Assembly: GCA_013239625.1 (NCBI GenBank)
Contig: MU053629.1
Coordinates: 158,676-222,675, forward strand
Length of the DNA: 64,000 bases
Direction of reading: 5' to 3'
From: Lama guanicoe
Taxonomy: Eukaryota
Shown here one piece after another: positions 13,155-26,110 of the stretch (positions are counted from its first letter, which is position 1; each line of letters starts with the position of its first letter). The notes under the pieces were generated by a model. The model ran no database searches, was not told where the DNA came from, and worked only from the letters and a program-made list of their open reading frames with translations. The position numbers were made by a program, and so were the translations under genes.

Positions 13155-13523
13155 CATAGAGAACAAACTTATGGTTACCAGTGGGTAAAGGGGGTGGGAA
13201 GGGATAAATCTGAAATTTGAAAGAATTTGAAAATTGTACCTCTTGGGGAGTGATGGAAATGTTAACTGTCTTGATTGTGGTGGTGGTTTCATGGGTGTAT
13301 ACATCTATCAGAATTCATCAAATTGCACATCTGAAATATGTGTACTGTACAGGAACCATACCACAATAAAGGTGTTTAAAAAGAGGAAAAAAACATCATA
13401 AAAGTCTTTTGAACTATTCTATTGAAATCCTGATACATTGGAGAACCATGATCATAATCCTATTTTTAAAAAATCAATAAAGCTGGTACAGCAGGATTAA
13501 TTATCAAAAAATAAATAAAAAAT
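13155..13523 (+). mobile_element. Polyadenylated retro-insertion with two L1-derived segments and a unique tail
   Basis: TSD aaaaacccc(c)actgtcttt at about 13136-13154 and 13524-13541, AATAAA 13476-13481, A-rich tail from 13506. Confidence 0.7.
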
Positions 13524-14899
13524 AAAAACCCCACTGTCTTTAATTACTGTTTCATAAGTGCCCTTTTAAGTGCCTGGAGAAAAAACCAGGAAGAACAATT
13601 TGCTCAGATGCATCAAACCCAGTCTGAAATAATTTGGAGAATAAATGAATTTCATGCAAGTATGTTTTTAGATTTACGCTTTTTAAATCTAATTTCCATT
13701 ATGAATGTGTTTGATGTATTTTTCCATATTTAACCTGCCACATTTAACCAGGAAGATTTTGTACAATTACAGACTCTCTCCATTTATATGACTGGTATAG
13801 ACTATGGCAAGTCGTGAGACGGGGTATGTACTTTAATGGATTTGAGATAAACTTTGTGGACCTCATTAGAGAAGGAAGTGAGTTTGAAAACTACCAGTTT
13901 GAACGGAAATGTCAGATAATTCACAATCATGAATTAAGCTGCCACCCCAGGCAGACCCAACAATATTAAATTGTAATATCAACAGCATTGTGGACATGCT
14001 CTACTTTTCAAATACCCGAGTAAGCTCAGCCTTAAGAAAGATGGTCATGGGTGTTTGCTGAGCACCGAGTATGACCCACTATGTGGATTTTCCCCCTCTT
14101 TTTTCCTTTTTATTTAAAGGTAGAAACAGGACAAAGCCCAGGAAGTGTGTCTATGACTCTGGCTGGCTGATCAGCCAACTGTTTTCCCTAAATGCACCAT
14201 AAAGAAGAGAAGGGGAAAAAAAACTCTAAAAAATCATGGAGAGGAAAATACAGAACAGATGGTGATGGTTATCACTTCATTAACCTTTGTGTGTGTGAGA
14301 AATGCTTGCGAAATTTCTAGGAACTGGGTGTTGCCAGAATTAAAACACGTATATAAGCTAATTGCTAGGAATAACAGCGTCAATAAGCCCCATCACACCT
14401 GAGGTGGCTGAGCTGGAAACAGAAAACCCAGCTTATCACATACTTACCAACCTGTCACTTACGGTAGTCAGAGCTTAAAAAAGAGGGCGGGGGGCTTTTC
14501 AGAGAGCAGCTCCTCTTACTACTTCTTAGCAGTGAAACTCTTGATTGGACTCATTGTGAACTGCTTCTTCCTTAGAAGCAGGTGTAAAGATTTAAGGCAG
14601 AAGTAGGGAAGGCATTTAGGTGGGAATGATGAGAGTGAAATACACGGAAGAAAGGCTGAGATTATGAATCAGGAGAGACGGTCTCTCTTCCCGTTCTGTT
14701 TTAACCGGATGTGTGATTCTCTGGGCGCAGGCTCCCTACTCCATGTAAGTGGGGCACCGCACCAGAGTGGCGGTGTCTAAATGGAGTTTGTAGCTGCTGA
14801 ATCTTTGCTTCGAATGGAACCGTATGTGGACACCTAACGTCAACGCTAATTATAAAGATGCGTTTGCTTTGGCTGATGAAGAGGCGCCAGACCCAGAAA

Positions 14900-15730
14900 G
14901 CCATTCATTCGTCCTCACACTAATTCAGCAACTATTGTCTGAAATCCTAATATTTGGTAGGCAGCGTTCTAACTGCCTGGGTAACAGCAGTGAGCAAAAC
15001 AGATAAATACCCCTGTCCTTGTGAAACTTCCTTTTTTGCAAGGGGGCAACCAATAAACAGAGGAAATCAGCATATAGTTAAGTATGCATGGTGTGTGAGC
15101 AAATCATGGCAAATCAATGGTACCTTAGAAGGTGATCAATATCAATCAATATCACAGGAAGAAGAAAAGTAAATCAGAGGAAGGGGAATCCAGAGGGCCC
15201 AGCGGATGTGGGGGAAATGCCAATAGAGAAGGAAATCAGGGAAGGTCTCATGGAGAAAGTGAGGTTTGAACAAAGATTGGAGAAGGGTGTGAGAAAACCA
15301 CTACGTAAATGGGCTTGGGAGAAGGGCTCTCAGGCAGAGGGCAGCCTGAGCAAGGGCCCTGCGTGGAAACATAGCTGCACCGTGGAGGGACAGCAAAGAC
15401 GCCGGGATGGCAGGGGCGCAGCGAGCGAGGAGGAGAGCAGCAGGAGAGGAGGTTGGAGACGCCGTGGAGGGGCTAGACGGTGCAAGACCTTCAAGAGTCT
15501 GGCCAGGAATGTGTGTTTACGCTGAGTGAAATGGGGAGCTGCTGCAGGGTTTGGAGCCAAGGAATTGCCTAATGTGACTTCTGTTTTAATAGGCTCCCTG
15601 AGGCTGCTGCGTTGAGAATAAACTAGATGACGATGAGGATGAAAGCGAAGAGAATGATCCAGGGCAGACATCCAGGTGGCTCAGGTCAGGGTGGTTGCAG
15701 TGGAGGTGGTGAGAAATATGGGATCTGGAC
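14900..15730 (-). mobile_element. Ancient L2 fragment(s)
   Basis: cattcattc...acagcagtgagcaaaacagataaatacccctgtcc and gagaaagtgaggtttgaacaaaga...ggtggttgcagtggaggtggtgagaa are typical antisense L2 text. Confidence 0.6.
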
Positions 15731-17984
15731 AGAGTTTCAACGCCCTGCCCCTCAGCCTTCTACTCACTCCCTGAGCTGCTTTCCAGGTCCTCCTGGTTTA
15801 CCTCGGACTTCTAGGAGCACAGTCTGCAAATCCATGGTCGTAATGACCTGCCCGTTTCCCTGCTGGCTCGGGCCCCCATCACCAGTAGAGCTAGAGTACT
15901 AGTCATTTATGTTCACGGACCTGCCCAGGGGATGGTATGATCTGCTGGACCTAACTTTTTTTCCAGCCCAAACACTTACATTTCAGATCATGACAAATAT
16001 TTTGGCTTATAAGTCAGCACCAGAGTCTACCTCAAGGCCACCTCCACACCAGCAGTTCCGGCTTGGAGGAAAGCCTCATGTGCTCACTGCAGGCAAGAAC
16101 TCCATGGAGGGCCTCAGAAGTGCAGTGGTCCCTCGTGTGTATGTTCCATCCTTCCTCCTCCTCTGGATGACAGAAAGGGACCAGTATTCACTTGGCATCT
16201 CCAGACCCAGATCCCTCCACAGACTGCCTCTGTGCTTTCTGCACTGTCGCACTGGTGATAACATCGTGTATTACATACAGCAATTTCTCAAAGGAAATAG
16301 GTTGTGTTGACTCAAATCCATGCCAATAGCTCCACATAAAAAACATTATGAGCAGCAAAATTGCCAAGAGTCACAAATGTGGGTGGTCTTTGTGTCTGTC
16401 CATTTTAGTTGGACCTTATAGACAGCCCATTGTGATAGGACCTGAAGGGCTCATAGGGCCCACCTGCCTAAATTATTCACCCCACAGGCTTCTATGATTT
16501 CTACAATTATCCACATTTAAGCCAGGATGACAATAGGATTTATCTCAATACCAAATATGATCAGTTAATGAAGACTGTGGAGCAATATGTTGAGAAGGAC
16601 AGAGAAACCACATCCAGGTTCAACAACAAGGGAAAAAAAGCAATAATTGATTAATAATGTCTGCCATGGACATGGTAATTAGGTATTGGCACACATTTTC
16701 TCCCTGTTTTAAACCTTTCTCTTACATTCAAAAGCCCCATATTTAGAAGGTACCCATTCAAATACAAACATGGACAGAAAAAGTTACCAATAATGAAGCC
16801 AGGGGAACATCCATTCAAATTTTATATACATTTTGAGGGGACTCCATTTCTTAAATATGTATCTGAATTCTTAAATTATATGTTGCCTGACCCAAATCTG
16901 CTTGGCTAGGAAATAATTGTTGAATGCAAATCTGGCAACATTCAACCTAGCTGTTTTGTCTACTGCCTTTTGGCATCTTATCTTTCAAGAAAGTTACTTT
17001 TTGAGAACCCAGTATTTTCAAAGCACAGTTTAGGTACTTTCCATATATTATCTCAAATTCTCACCACAATCCAGCAAAGTAGGTGTGATTTATGTCTGTT
17101 TTACATAGAAGATGCTGGATTGTCACACGGGGACAAGTGGCAGATACAAGTTCTGAACCCACCTTCAATGCTTTGCTCTCTCTCTTTTCAAATTTGAAAT
17201 TGGCACTGTGAGCTCATGCACATAATTTGCAGAGGTAAATTACCTGCTAATGGATGTCACCAACTGACAAATGATGAAGTTGTCCGTCTCAAAGATGACT
17301 CCAGTAGTGTAAGCCTGGTGATCTTTGGGATTTCACCAAGCCCCAGGGGCTATTAACACCGATTCAATAAATGCTGAAGCCCTTACCCAATCATTTGTTT
17401 GCATCTCTTCAATAAAATGGGAATGTCAGCTGGACATGACACGCTTCATTCTGCTGGTGGTATTTTAAAAGAGATCGTTGTTTTCTCAGAGCTCATATTT
17501 CCTCTCCAGTCCCCTCCCTTCCCTATTCCTCCCCAAGCCGCCTCTTGTTGGAGTGGTTGCTGGGAAAAAGGTCACGTTTCCAAATGCTGAGCCAGGAGTG
17601 GGAAATTTCCCAGCACGTGTGCCTGATTTTCAGGTCTACATTTCTGGTTTTCTAGGGCAGAAGCATTTAATCTCAGGTTTCCACCATCACAGATGATATG
17701 AATGTAGGGCATAAAATGTAAAATTCCAGATGAGCGTTTTTGCCTTATGCATCTTTAATAATGTTTGTGAGAGATGGCACTGAGTCAAAACATGGCGGGC
17801 TTCACCCACAAGCATTTAATCACAAGTGCCTACCATGTGGTCCCCTCACACTGTGTGATGTTTTCATCACCTCTTCAGAAGATGCAAGGGGGACAAAGCA
17901 CCCAGGGTTCAAAGACCTTAAACTCTACCTGGAGAGGCAAAATGAATCCCAAAAACATTTGGAGAACATCAGGATGATATTCGC

Positions 17985-18190
17985 TAACACTTTTATAGTA
18001 ACTTTTCACATGACAGATTCTGCCCTAAATGCCCTACATATATTAATATGTTAATACTTGCAACAGTGTCAGGAGCTAGGTACTGTTTTTATCCCCATTT
18101 TACAAATGAGAAAACTGAGGCTGAGGTCACACTGCTAGTAGTGGCCAAGCTAGAATTTGGACCCAGGCTCAATCACACTCTGTATTGCCT
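17985..18190 (-). mobile_element. MIR SINE (one of many MIR remnants)
   Basis: MIR core atccccattttacaaatgagaaaactgaggct. Similar cores near 7840, 18430 (opposite strand), 45200, 50470, 54430 and 63870. Confidence 0.75.
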
Positions 18191-19953
18191 CTTATGTTAA
18201 CTGCTTGGTGAAGTGATCATAAGGGTAAATAAAGCTGAGACAAGAGGGAATTCAATGAAGCCTGTGTAATGCAGGAGGGCTTCGAGGAGGAGGCATGAAT
18301 TCCTATGTCCACATCTCTTGTATTGAAATCTTAGAAACCTGACTGAGGCTCTGGGGTGCAACTTCCTCACTTTGAATGCCAGCTTTACCTCTTAGTAGCT
18401 TTGCAAACTTGGACACATTTCTTAACTTCTCTGTGCCTGTTTCCCCAACTATAAACTGGGGATAGTAATTGAACCTATAAAAATTCTGAAATGGTTGTAA
18501 GAACAAAACATGATACTGAGAGTAAAGGGCTTAGCATAGCTTAACACATCACACAAGCTCAGTGAGCATGCTCTGTTATTGCTGTGACTATCACTGTTTA
18601 CAGCTCGGTACAGGGTATAGATAACTGTTGCCTTACGCTGCTGTCGAGGAGGGTGCAGGAGGGGATTGTCAAGCAGGATGGGAACTTGGATCTTCAAATG
18701 ATTTCTGGCCACAGCAACCACAGTCTATGGTTCTCTTTGTCTCTCCATGTCTAACTCTCCTCCTGTGATCAGGCTTCCTCCATGTAATGGAGAAAATGGT
18801 GGGTGGAAGCCATGGTCGCCAACATTTCCAGTGTATATTAAAGCCTACTGATGCCAGAGGAAAAAAGAGCAACCCGATCCCCAGGGAAGCCTCTGATTGG
18901 CTCGGCATAGTCATGTGACCCTCTCTGAGCCAATCACTACGGCCAATGAAGGGTACTGTTGGCAGTGGTACCCAGAACTCATGCAGCAGAGGAGAGGCAG
19001 TTCCTCCAAGGGAGGGGATGTTGTCCAGCAAGAGAGAGCACAGAGATATGAGGCGAAAACAGCAGGTGTTAGTCCTCCATACTAGTACATAAAAATAAGC
19101 TTACCTTGCCACACATGGGAACATAATTTTATGAATAACCAAATACCATTCTTTGTGGTGAAAGAAAAATGACTACATTTATCAACTTAGAAGCTTGAAG
19201 CTTGAAACTAAAAGCAACGAAAGGTAAAGAAGATATTCTGTCAATATAAAATAAATTTTAAAATGTTAATCAGATTATTATTAATTTTATAACTTCCTTT
19301 TTTCAGCTGCCTAGGTTTTAATTCTAAGTTGTGGTAATTTGTTCAATTTTCCTGTCTTACAGAGTTCCTTAAATAGTTTTTATTTGGGAAGAGAGGAAAC
19401 ATTCTGCTATAGATACATATAGTAATGCAAGTGGTCAAAAATAAAACTTGCAAAGAATATGCTTCAAAAAAACCTTGCCCACATTTCATGGGCTGTAATG
19501 CCATCATAGCACATTTTCAGATAGTCTCAAATTTCTCTCTTTGATGATCTTAGGTTAAAGTGGTAATGAAACTGATAGTGATTTGCAGGTGATGTGAAAT
19601 AGATCTCTTGTACCTTCAGTTGAATTTGTATTGATTGATTCAGTACATTTTCTTGAGGTTCTACTTTTATTTTCACCAAATTAAGTGAAATCATTTGGGG
19701 TCAGGAAGGCGAGCAAGTTAGCACTGTGTTGGTCATTCAACTCTCACGACTTGCTGAGTGGTCCTTTGACTTAAAATACTGCTGGACACCTGACAGCAAT
19801 CAGACTGATTTAAGCATATTGATAACCCAAAGCTGGTGATATTTACTACTCCATGCCCATGAATACATGGTTACTTCTTTGGGGAAAGGAGGGGTAGTCA
19901 TTGGGAGGGAGAACCAGGAAGACTTCTGAGGCACTGGCCATGTTCCATTTCTT

Positions 19954-20450
19954 TTTTTTTTAACTGAATTTTTAAAAATTATCTTGCAGTAAAATTGACT
20001 TTTTTTCTTTCGGTATATAGTTCTACGAATGTTAACCTATATTTAGATCCTTGTAACCACCACCACTACCAGGATTTGGGGGTTCTGTCACCCAAAAAGC
20101 CGCCCTTGTACTAGCCTTTTATAGTCACGCCCGCCCCACCTCTGCCGGTGGCTGATCTGTTCTCCATCTTGCATTGTCTTTCCAAGAATATCCCATAAGT
20201 GGAATCCGACGGTAAGTAACCTTTTGAGACTGGCTTCTTTCACTTCCCAAAAAAGCCTTTGAAAATCATCCATGTTGTTGCCTGCGTCCGTGGTTAGTTC
20301 TGTCTTATTGCTGACTAGTATACTATTACGTGGCTGTGCCACAGTTGGTTTATACACTCACTCATTGAAGGACACTTGTGTTGTTTCCAGGTTATGGTGA
20401 TTATGAAAAGAGTCACTACAAATATCTGCATACAGGTTTTCACATAAATA
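19954..20450 (-). mobile_element. L1 (L1MB-like) 3' end
   Basis: Poly-T at left, antisense L1 3' UTR text, TSD ttccatttctt at 19943-19953 and 20451-20461. Confidence 0.75.
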
Positions 20451-20484
20451 TTCCATTTCTTGACCTGGGTAGTGGGTACACAAG

Positions 20485-20852
20485 TGTTAGGTAGTTTAGA
20501 TAGAAATGAGCACTGGGCAGGGAAAGGAACAATCCAGAACACAGGGAACCTGCGCTGTCAATTAACCAGAGCACAGGGAACCTGTGCTGTCAATTAACCA
20601 GAGCACAGGGAATCAATCAGTTAATCAATCAGTTAATCAACCATGAAACCAGGGTATAAAAACAGGAGGAAGGAGAGAGCGGCGCCATTCTCCCTCTCTT
20701 GGGTTGGCCCGCTCCCAGTTCTTTCACTATTTTTTTTTTAATTTCACTAATAAATTTTGCTTATCATGCTTCTTTCCTGTCTCTCGTCAAAAATCTTTTT
20801 TTTCGGGTGTCAAAGAACAGAGGTGATTGTTATTTTGTGTTTGCCGGTAACA
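20485..20852 (+). mobile_element. Solo ERV1-type LTR, 368 bp
   Basis: TGTTA...TAACA termini, exact 4-bp TSD CAAG (20481-20484, 20853-20856), TATAAAA near 20655, AATAAA near 20749. Confidence 0.85.
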
Positions 20853-22357
20853 CAAGTATTTGCCTTATGATTAATCCTTGAGCTGTGCCTTGTTGTTCTC
20901 TTGTTCATTTCTCTGCGATGTTATATGTTACAATGTCAGGTGCCATAAAATATCATTGAATTCGGTCAGTGTCAGAGAAGAAGGAATTTTCCGCTGGAGA
21001 AGAAGGCTGAAAAATTAATTTCCACTTGGCCTTAGAATATTAAAAATGGAGTTCAATTTGGCCTGTGCACTTACGAAATTATATGATTCTAACAAAAATC
21101 TCCACGTCCTCTTGGTTAAACAAAGGCCAGGGATCAACGGATAATGCAGTTCTTTATCTTGGCTGACTGTGACAAAAGCTTCTGAGGCCCCTGCCTGAAA
21201 GGCTGACAGAGCTCAAAGCTCTTTCACAGAAGCTCTGGACTTCTTGGTGAAACTGATGTGTGATCTCTTTGAGGATCAAAATAACCCAGGTGGGCTGCAC
21301 TCTATTCCAGCAACCCAAAGAGTCACTAATAAAAGCCACTCTGGCAGAAGTAGAGCAAATCTGAATTATACAGGATAATACAATGACCCATGTCCATATT
21401 AACTTCTTAATTAGTGCTGTGTAACTTGGTTTCATAACTGCTCAGCCATTTCAGAGTGCGGAAGGGAAGACGTAGGTTCCCATGCAACTGCTGGATGATT
21501 TATTACCTTAGGCCATTACTGTAGAGCATAGATGCACTTGGACAGTTATGGTGTTTTCCCCTTCTATTGTCATGAAAGCGCAAAGCCAAATCAAAATGTG
21601 TGCGACATGCCATAATGCTACGGTCAGATGTGAAAGAAAACCCAGGGAAAACTGGTATCTATTCAAGTACAGTTTTGTTTTAGGACTAATGTCATTCATT
21701 CCATACTTGTTCAAAATGCAATAATCCATTGAACGGCTGTGATTTATAGAACTGAAACATTCAGATCACTTTGACCTTCCTTGGCCCACAGGCTAACGTC
21801 CACACATGTTAGCTTGGAGTCACTTCTGTGGTCAGCTCTCCCTTGGGGATACGCAGAGGAAAGCTGCATGCCATGAAGGTGTCAGCTCCTCAGCACCAGA
21901 AAATTAATTCAATGGGGCAGAAGTCACTGATAGGCTACTTGACCATTTCTATTCTTCTGGAGGCAGGGTGGGCTACGAGGACTGGGCGCTTATTGCAAAG
22001 AGATGGGAGGGGCTGGGACTCACAGATGGTGCATGACAGGAAGTCACTTTCAGTTCTTGATCAGGATGAATGAAATGATGAAAGACATAGGATGCCAGTA
22101 AGAAACCCTATAACTTAAGTATTGGCTTCTGAAGTAAGGAAAAAGGCTTTCATGTCCAAACATTTTTTCTTGGGGAAACACAGCCAAAATGCTATTTGGA
22201 TTTTTTTTTTCATTTTTTGATAAAAGAAGAGATGAAGATTTCAAAAGTGAGGACGATTATCACTTGAGTAAGATAAAACACATGCGTGTTCCAGTTACTC
22301 TCCTTAGTCATTTCATGAGAGCATTGAATGGTTACCTGTCTTTAATGGCTAAGCGTA

Positions 22358-22502
22358 TATTTTGGCAAGGAGTAATTAGGTTGGTTGGTTGATTGACTGA
22401 CTGACTGACTGACTGATTTTAATGGAGGTACTGTATTGGGGATTGAACCTGGGACCTCATGCATGCTAAGCACCCACTCTACTCCTGAGCTATACCCTCC
22501 CC
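22358..22502 (-). mobile_element. tRNA-derived SINE (camelid Vic-1-like)
   Basis: Reverse complement begins GGGGAGGGTATAGCTCAG...GCTTAGCATGCATGAGGTCCCAGGTTCAATCCCC (A and B boxes), followed by a simple-repeat tail. Confidence 0.85.
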
Positions 22503-22559
22503 ACAATGGCCTAACATTTAATCTGTCTTCCTATGTTTCTGAATTCCCTCAAGTTTGGG

Positions 22560-22977
22560 GTTTGGTGGGATATAGTCTGTCTGTCATCGTAGAAGCTGAA
22601 GAGGCCAGAATTATTTTCCTAGCCTCCCTAGAGCAAGAACCCTTAACCTAGGCATGGCCAATCAGACGCCTACACACAAGGGCTCCAAGAAGCGCGGCTG
22701 GGGGTGACTGCAGCACGGCTCCCCACGGCCGTGTGGGCAGCAGCAGTATGAGAGCTAATGGCTATGTCAGCATCTTCATGGGCCTCATTAGGTGGGGGAT
22801 GTGGCTCTTGTTCTCACTACATAGATTCTCCCTTCCTCCCCCCCTTTTCTAAACCTGGTTCTCCAGCTTTCCTAGAGGTCCAATGAGAAACCAAGATCCT
22901 GTCAATAAATTCTTTTTTTGGTTTAAATGACTAGAACTGGTTTCAATTGCTTGCAACCAAGAACCTTGACTAAGATC
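22560..22977 (+). mobile_element. ERVL LTR (LTR16-like)
   Basis: Ends aataaattc...ctggtttcaattgcttgcaaccaagaaccttgactaa, typical of LTR16 3' ends. Confidence 0.6.
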
Positions 22978-24077
22978 CCAGATGAATCTTTCTAAGTTTG
23001 CTCGTCTTGCCGGGATGGGGACAATTTTATTAGCACACTTTAATCATGAGAACAGAGCTGCAGTGCTCCTAAAGGAAAATACGATGGTTGCATTTATGAC
23101 AAAGGACTGATTACATAAAACTCTTCTTAGTTTGTAATTTTCCCTGAGAAAGGCACATCCCATGTGCATTATCATCTGAAATATAAAAGCAGCTCACCAG
23201 GAAATCACTAGAAAAAAATGCTCAGTAAACACTTGAAAAAGTGATATATCCTTTAACTGGGCTCAAGATACAGTTGAGTCTCTTACATGGCAAGAGGTTA
23301 CACTTTCCCAGCAGGATTCAGATTCCAAAGCAGTTGTGTTTATGTAGGAGAAACTCATGTAAGCCCCAATTTTTTCAAACATCTAAGGTGCTGGGATTTT
23401 TCCCCAAATCCTCATATCTCATACAATTAGTATGAGATTGGTGGGAGACCAGCAGAATCCCTATTGGAAAACGATCTGCAGTAAAGTTAAGCAGACTAAC
23501 ATCAAGTTGCTGATCCAAAAGCAGCAGCCAGGGACATACACAGCATGCTTTTTTTTTCACCAGCTTCATTTATGAGTTTCTCAAGGGGCCCTGCCTTGAT
23601 CCCTTTTATACTTCCCTCTCAGTGCAGAGCACAGAGCCTTACACATGATTAACACGTGTCAGTTGATTTAATTCAGAGTCAGAATGATTACAATCAACAG
23701 TGACCGGGAGGTAGCCATGGCCTGAATCACGAACAGCAAAAACAGCCAGGGCCACCTCTAGGCTTGAGCTGATTGTGTGCTGGGGTCGGGGGAGAGGAAC
23801 ATTCACAATGTTGACAGCACAACAAATTGTGGATTATGACAAAACCAGCATATTATGGCGTTTTCCTAGAGAGGTATCTAGGGGGTGCCTTTTTGTAATT
23901 TACAGGAAGGCACCATCACCACCATTGTGTGGGCTAGCAGGCGCCTGGGCAGAGGAACTGATGCATGGGCACTCGACCTTAAAGAGATCTTGAACTCTCA
24001 AATCACTGGAAGTGGGAGGCACAGTCCTACTGAATAAGCAGTTGTTACATTTGTAGCGTAAAGTTTAGGAGTCAAAA

Positions 24078-25208
24078 GACATGATAAACCTCCTAGAAGA
24101 AAACATAGGCAAAACATTCTCTGACAGAAATCTTAGCAATGTTCTCCTAGGGCAGTCTACCCAGGCAATAGAAATAAAAGGAAAAATTAACAAATGGGAC
24201 CTAGGTAAACTTATAAGCTTTTGCACAGCAAAGGAAACCATAAGCAAAACAAAACAGCAACCTATGGAATGGGAGAAAATATTTGCAAATGATGTGACTG
24301 ACAAAAGTTTAATTTCCAGAATATATAAACAGCCCATATAGCTTAATAACAAAAAAACAAACAACCCAATCCAAAAATGGACAGAAGACCTAAATAAGCA
24401 ATTCTCCAATGAAGACATACAAATGGCCAATAGGTACATGAAAAAAATGCCAATATTGCTGATTATCAGAGAAATGCAAATCAAAACTACAATGAGGTAT
24501 CACCTCACACCAGTCATAATGGCCACCATTCAAAATTCCACAAACGATAAATATTGGACAGGGTGTGAAGAAAAGGGAACCCCCCCACACTGTTGGTGGG
24601 AATGCAGTTTGGTGCAGCCATTATGGAAATCTGTATGGAGATTCCTCAAAAGACTAAAAGTAGATTTACCATATGATCCAGCAATCCCACTCCTAGGCAT
24701 ATATCCAGAGAGAACGCTGACTCAAAAAGATGTTCAATATTCAGAGCAGCACTATTTGCAATAGCCAAGACATGGAAGCAACCTAAATGTCCATCAACAG
24801 ACAACTGGATAAAGATGTAGTATATATATACAATGGAATACTACTCAGCCATGAAAAGAATAAAATAATACCATTTGCAGCAACATGAATGGACCTAGAG
24901 ATCATCATTCTAAGTGAAGTAACCCAGAAAGAGAAAGAAAAATACCATATGATATCATTCATATGTGGAATCTAAAACAAGAGAAAAAGAGGACACTATG
25001 AACTCATCTGCAAAACAGAAACAGACTTGCAGACAATATTATGGTTACTGGGGGAAAGAGGATGGGAAGGGACAAATTTGGAAGTTTGAGATTTGCAAAT
25101 GTTAACCACTATATATAAAAACAGATTAAAAAATACATTTCTTCTGTATAGCACAGGGAACTATATTCAATATCTTGTAATAACTTTTAATGAAAAAGAA
25201 TCTGAAAA

Positions 25209-25239
<31 letters not shown>

Positions 25240-25310
25240 TGACTGGGACATTGTGCTGTACACCAGAAATTGACACATTGTAACTGACTGTACTTCAATT
25301 TAAAAAAAGG
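24078..25310 (+). mobile_element. 5'-truncated L1 (degenerate ORF2 C-terminus, 3' UTR, A tail)
   Basis: ORF fragments LLEENIGKT...[19 protein letters not shown] and [15 protein letters not shown]...CWWEC.LVQPLW...[12 protein letters not shown] are L1 ORF2. TSD agtttagg(ag/ca)tcaaaa at 24062-24077 and 25311-25326. Confidence 0.93.
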
Positions 25311-25641
25311 AGTTTAGGCATCAAAATGCATCATCTCTCTTGTGGGGTACGTGTGGGGTACTTGATAGTAACTTCTGCTCCTCTCCCTAGCTCCCATCCC
25401 AGGCAGTGGACTCTGTGCCACCTGCCCTTAGAGGGAAGGGGTAGGTAAGAGAGTGGGATGTTAATGATGTGCAGAACCACAGCAGCTGGCCCATGTCCCA
25501 GGAAAGCCACATCAGCCAGGTGCCGGGCAACAGCCGTCAGCTCAGTCTCTGGGGTCACACCCACATGAAAGAGGAGAAAGAAGACAGGATCCTATGGAAC
25601 AGCTGGGGAGCAGGCAGATTAGATCATTTCGTGGTTTAAAG

Positions 25642-26110
25642 CAGTGGTTCTCCATGGGGCGATATCATACCTCAGGGGGCATTTTGGTAATCTGAAGAAG
25701 GGTTTCTGGTCAGCACAATGATTGTAGGGACACTGTCCACATTTGGTGGACAAACTGAGGATCATAAATGACCTGCAATCTGACAGTCCCAGACAATGAG
25801 GCATTTTCCCAATCTGGCATGACTTTTGAATGTTCCAGCAGGTATTCACATAGTGCAAAAACCTTTTCTGTGATTATGTGAGCCTGGAGTCTACCTCTGT
25901 TTTCACATGTAACATGGAGTCGTTTTTGCTTTGTTTTAGTACAAACAGTGATTTTTCCAAGAAGATCACTACTGTGTAAATCAGGGTAAGTTTATACTTT
26001 GTTTTGTTTGGAAATTGCCCAAAATTTTTCATCATTGTGGAGAATAAAGCCACATACTTGCTTTGTACTGCACACACCTGTGTTAGTCTGTACTTACAGG
26101 TGTCCCATGT
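25642..26110. mobile_element. hAT-Charlie-like DNA transposon remnant
   Basis: Begins cagtggttctc, the hAT-Charlie terminal signature; degenerate internal sequence; end boundary approximate. Confidence 0.5.

Noticed and set aside
20536..20612. 32-bp direct repeats as a CRISPR-like array
   Set aside because: No spacers, located inside an LTR, eukaryotic context.
24081..24764. L1 ORF2 fragments as an active gene
   Set aside because: 5'-truncated and broken by stops and frameshifts.
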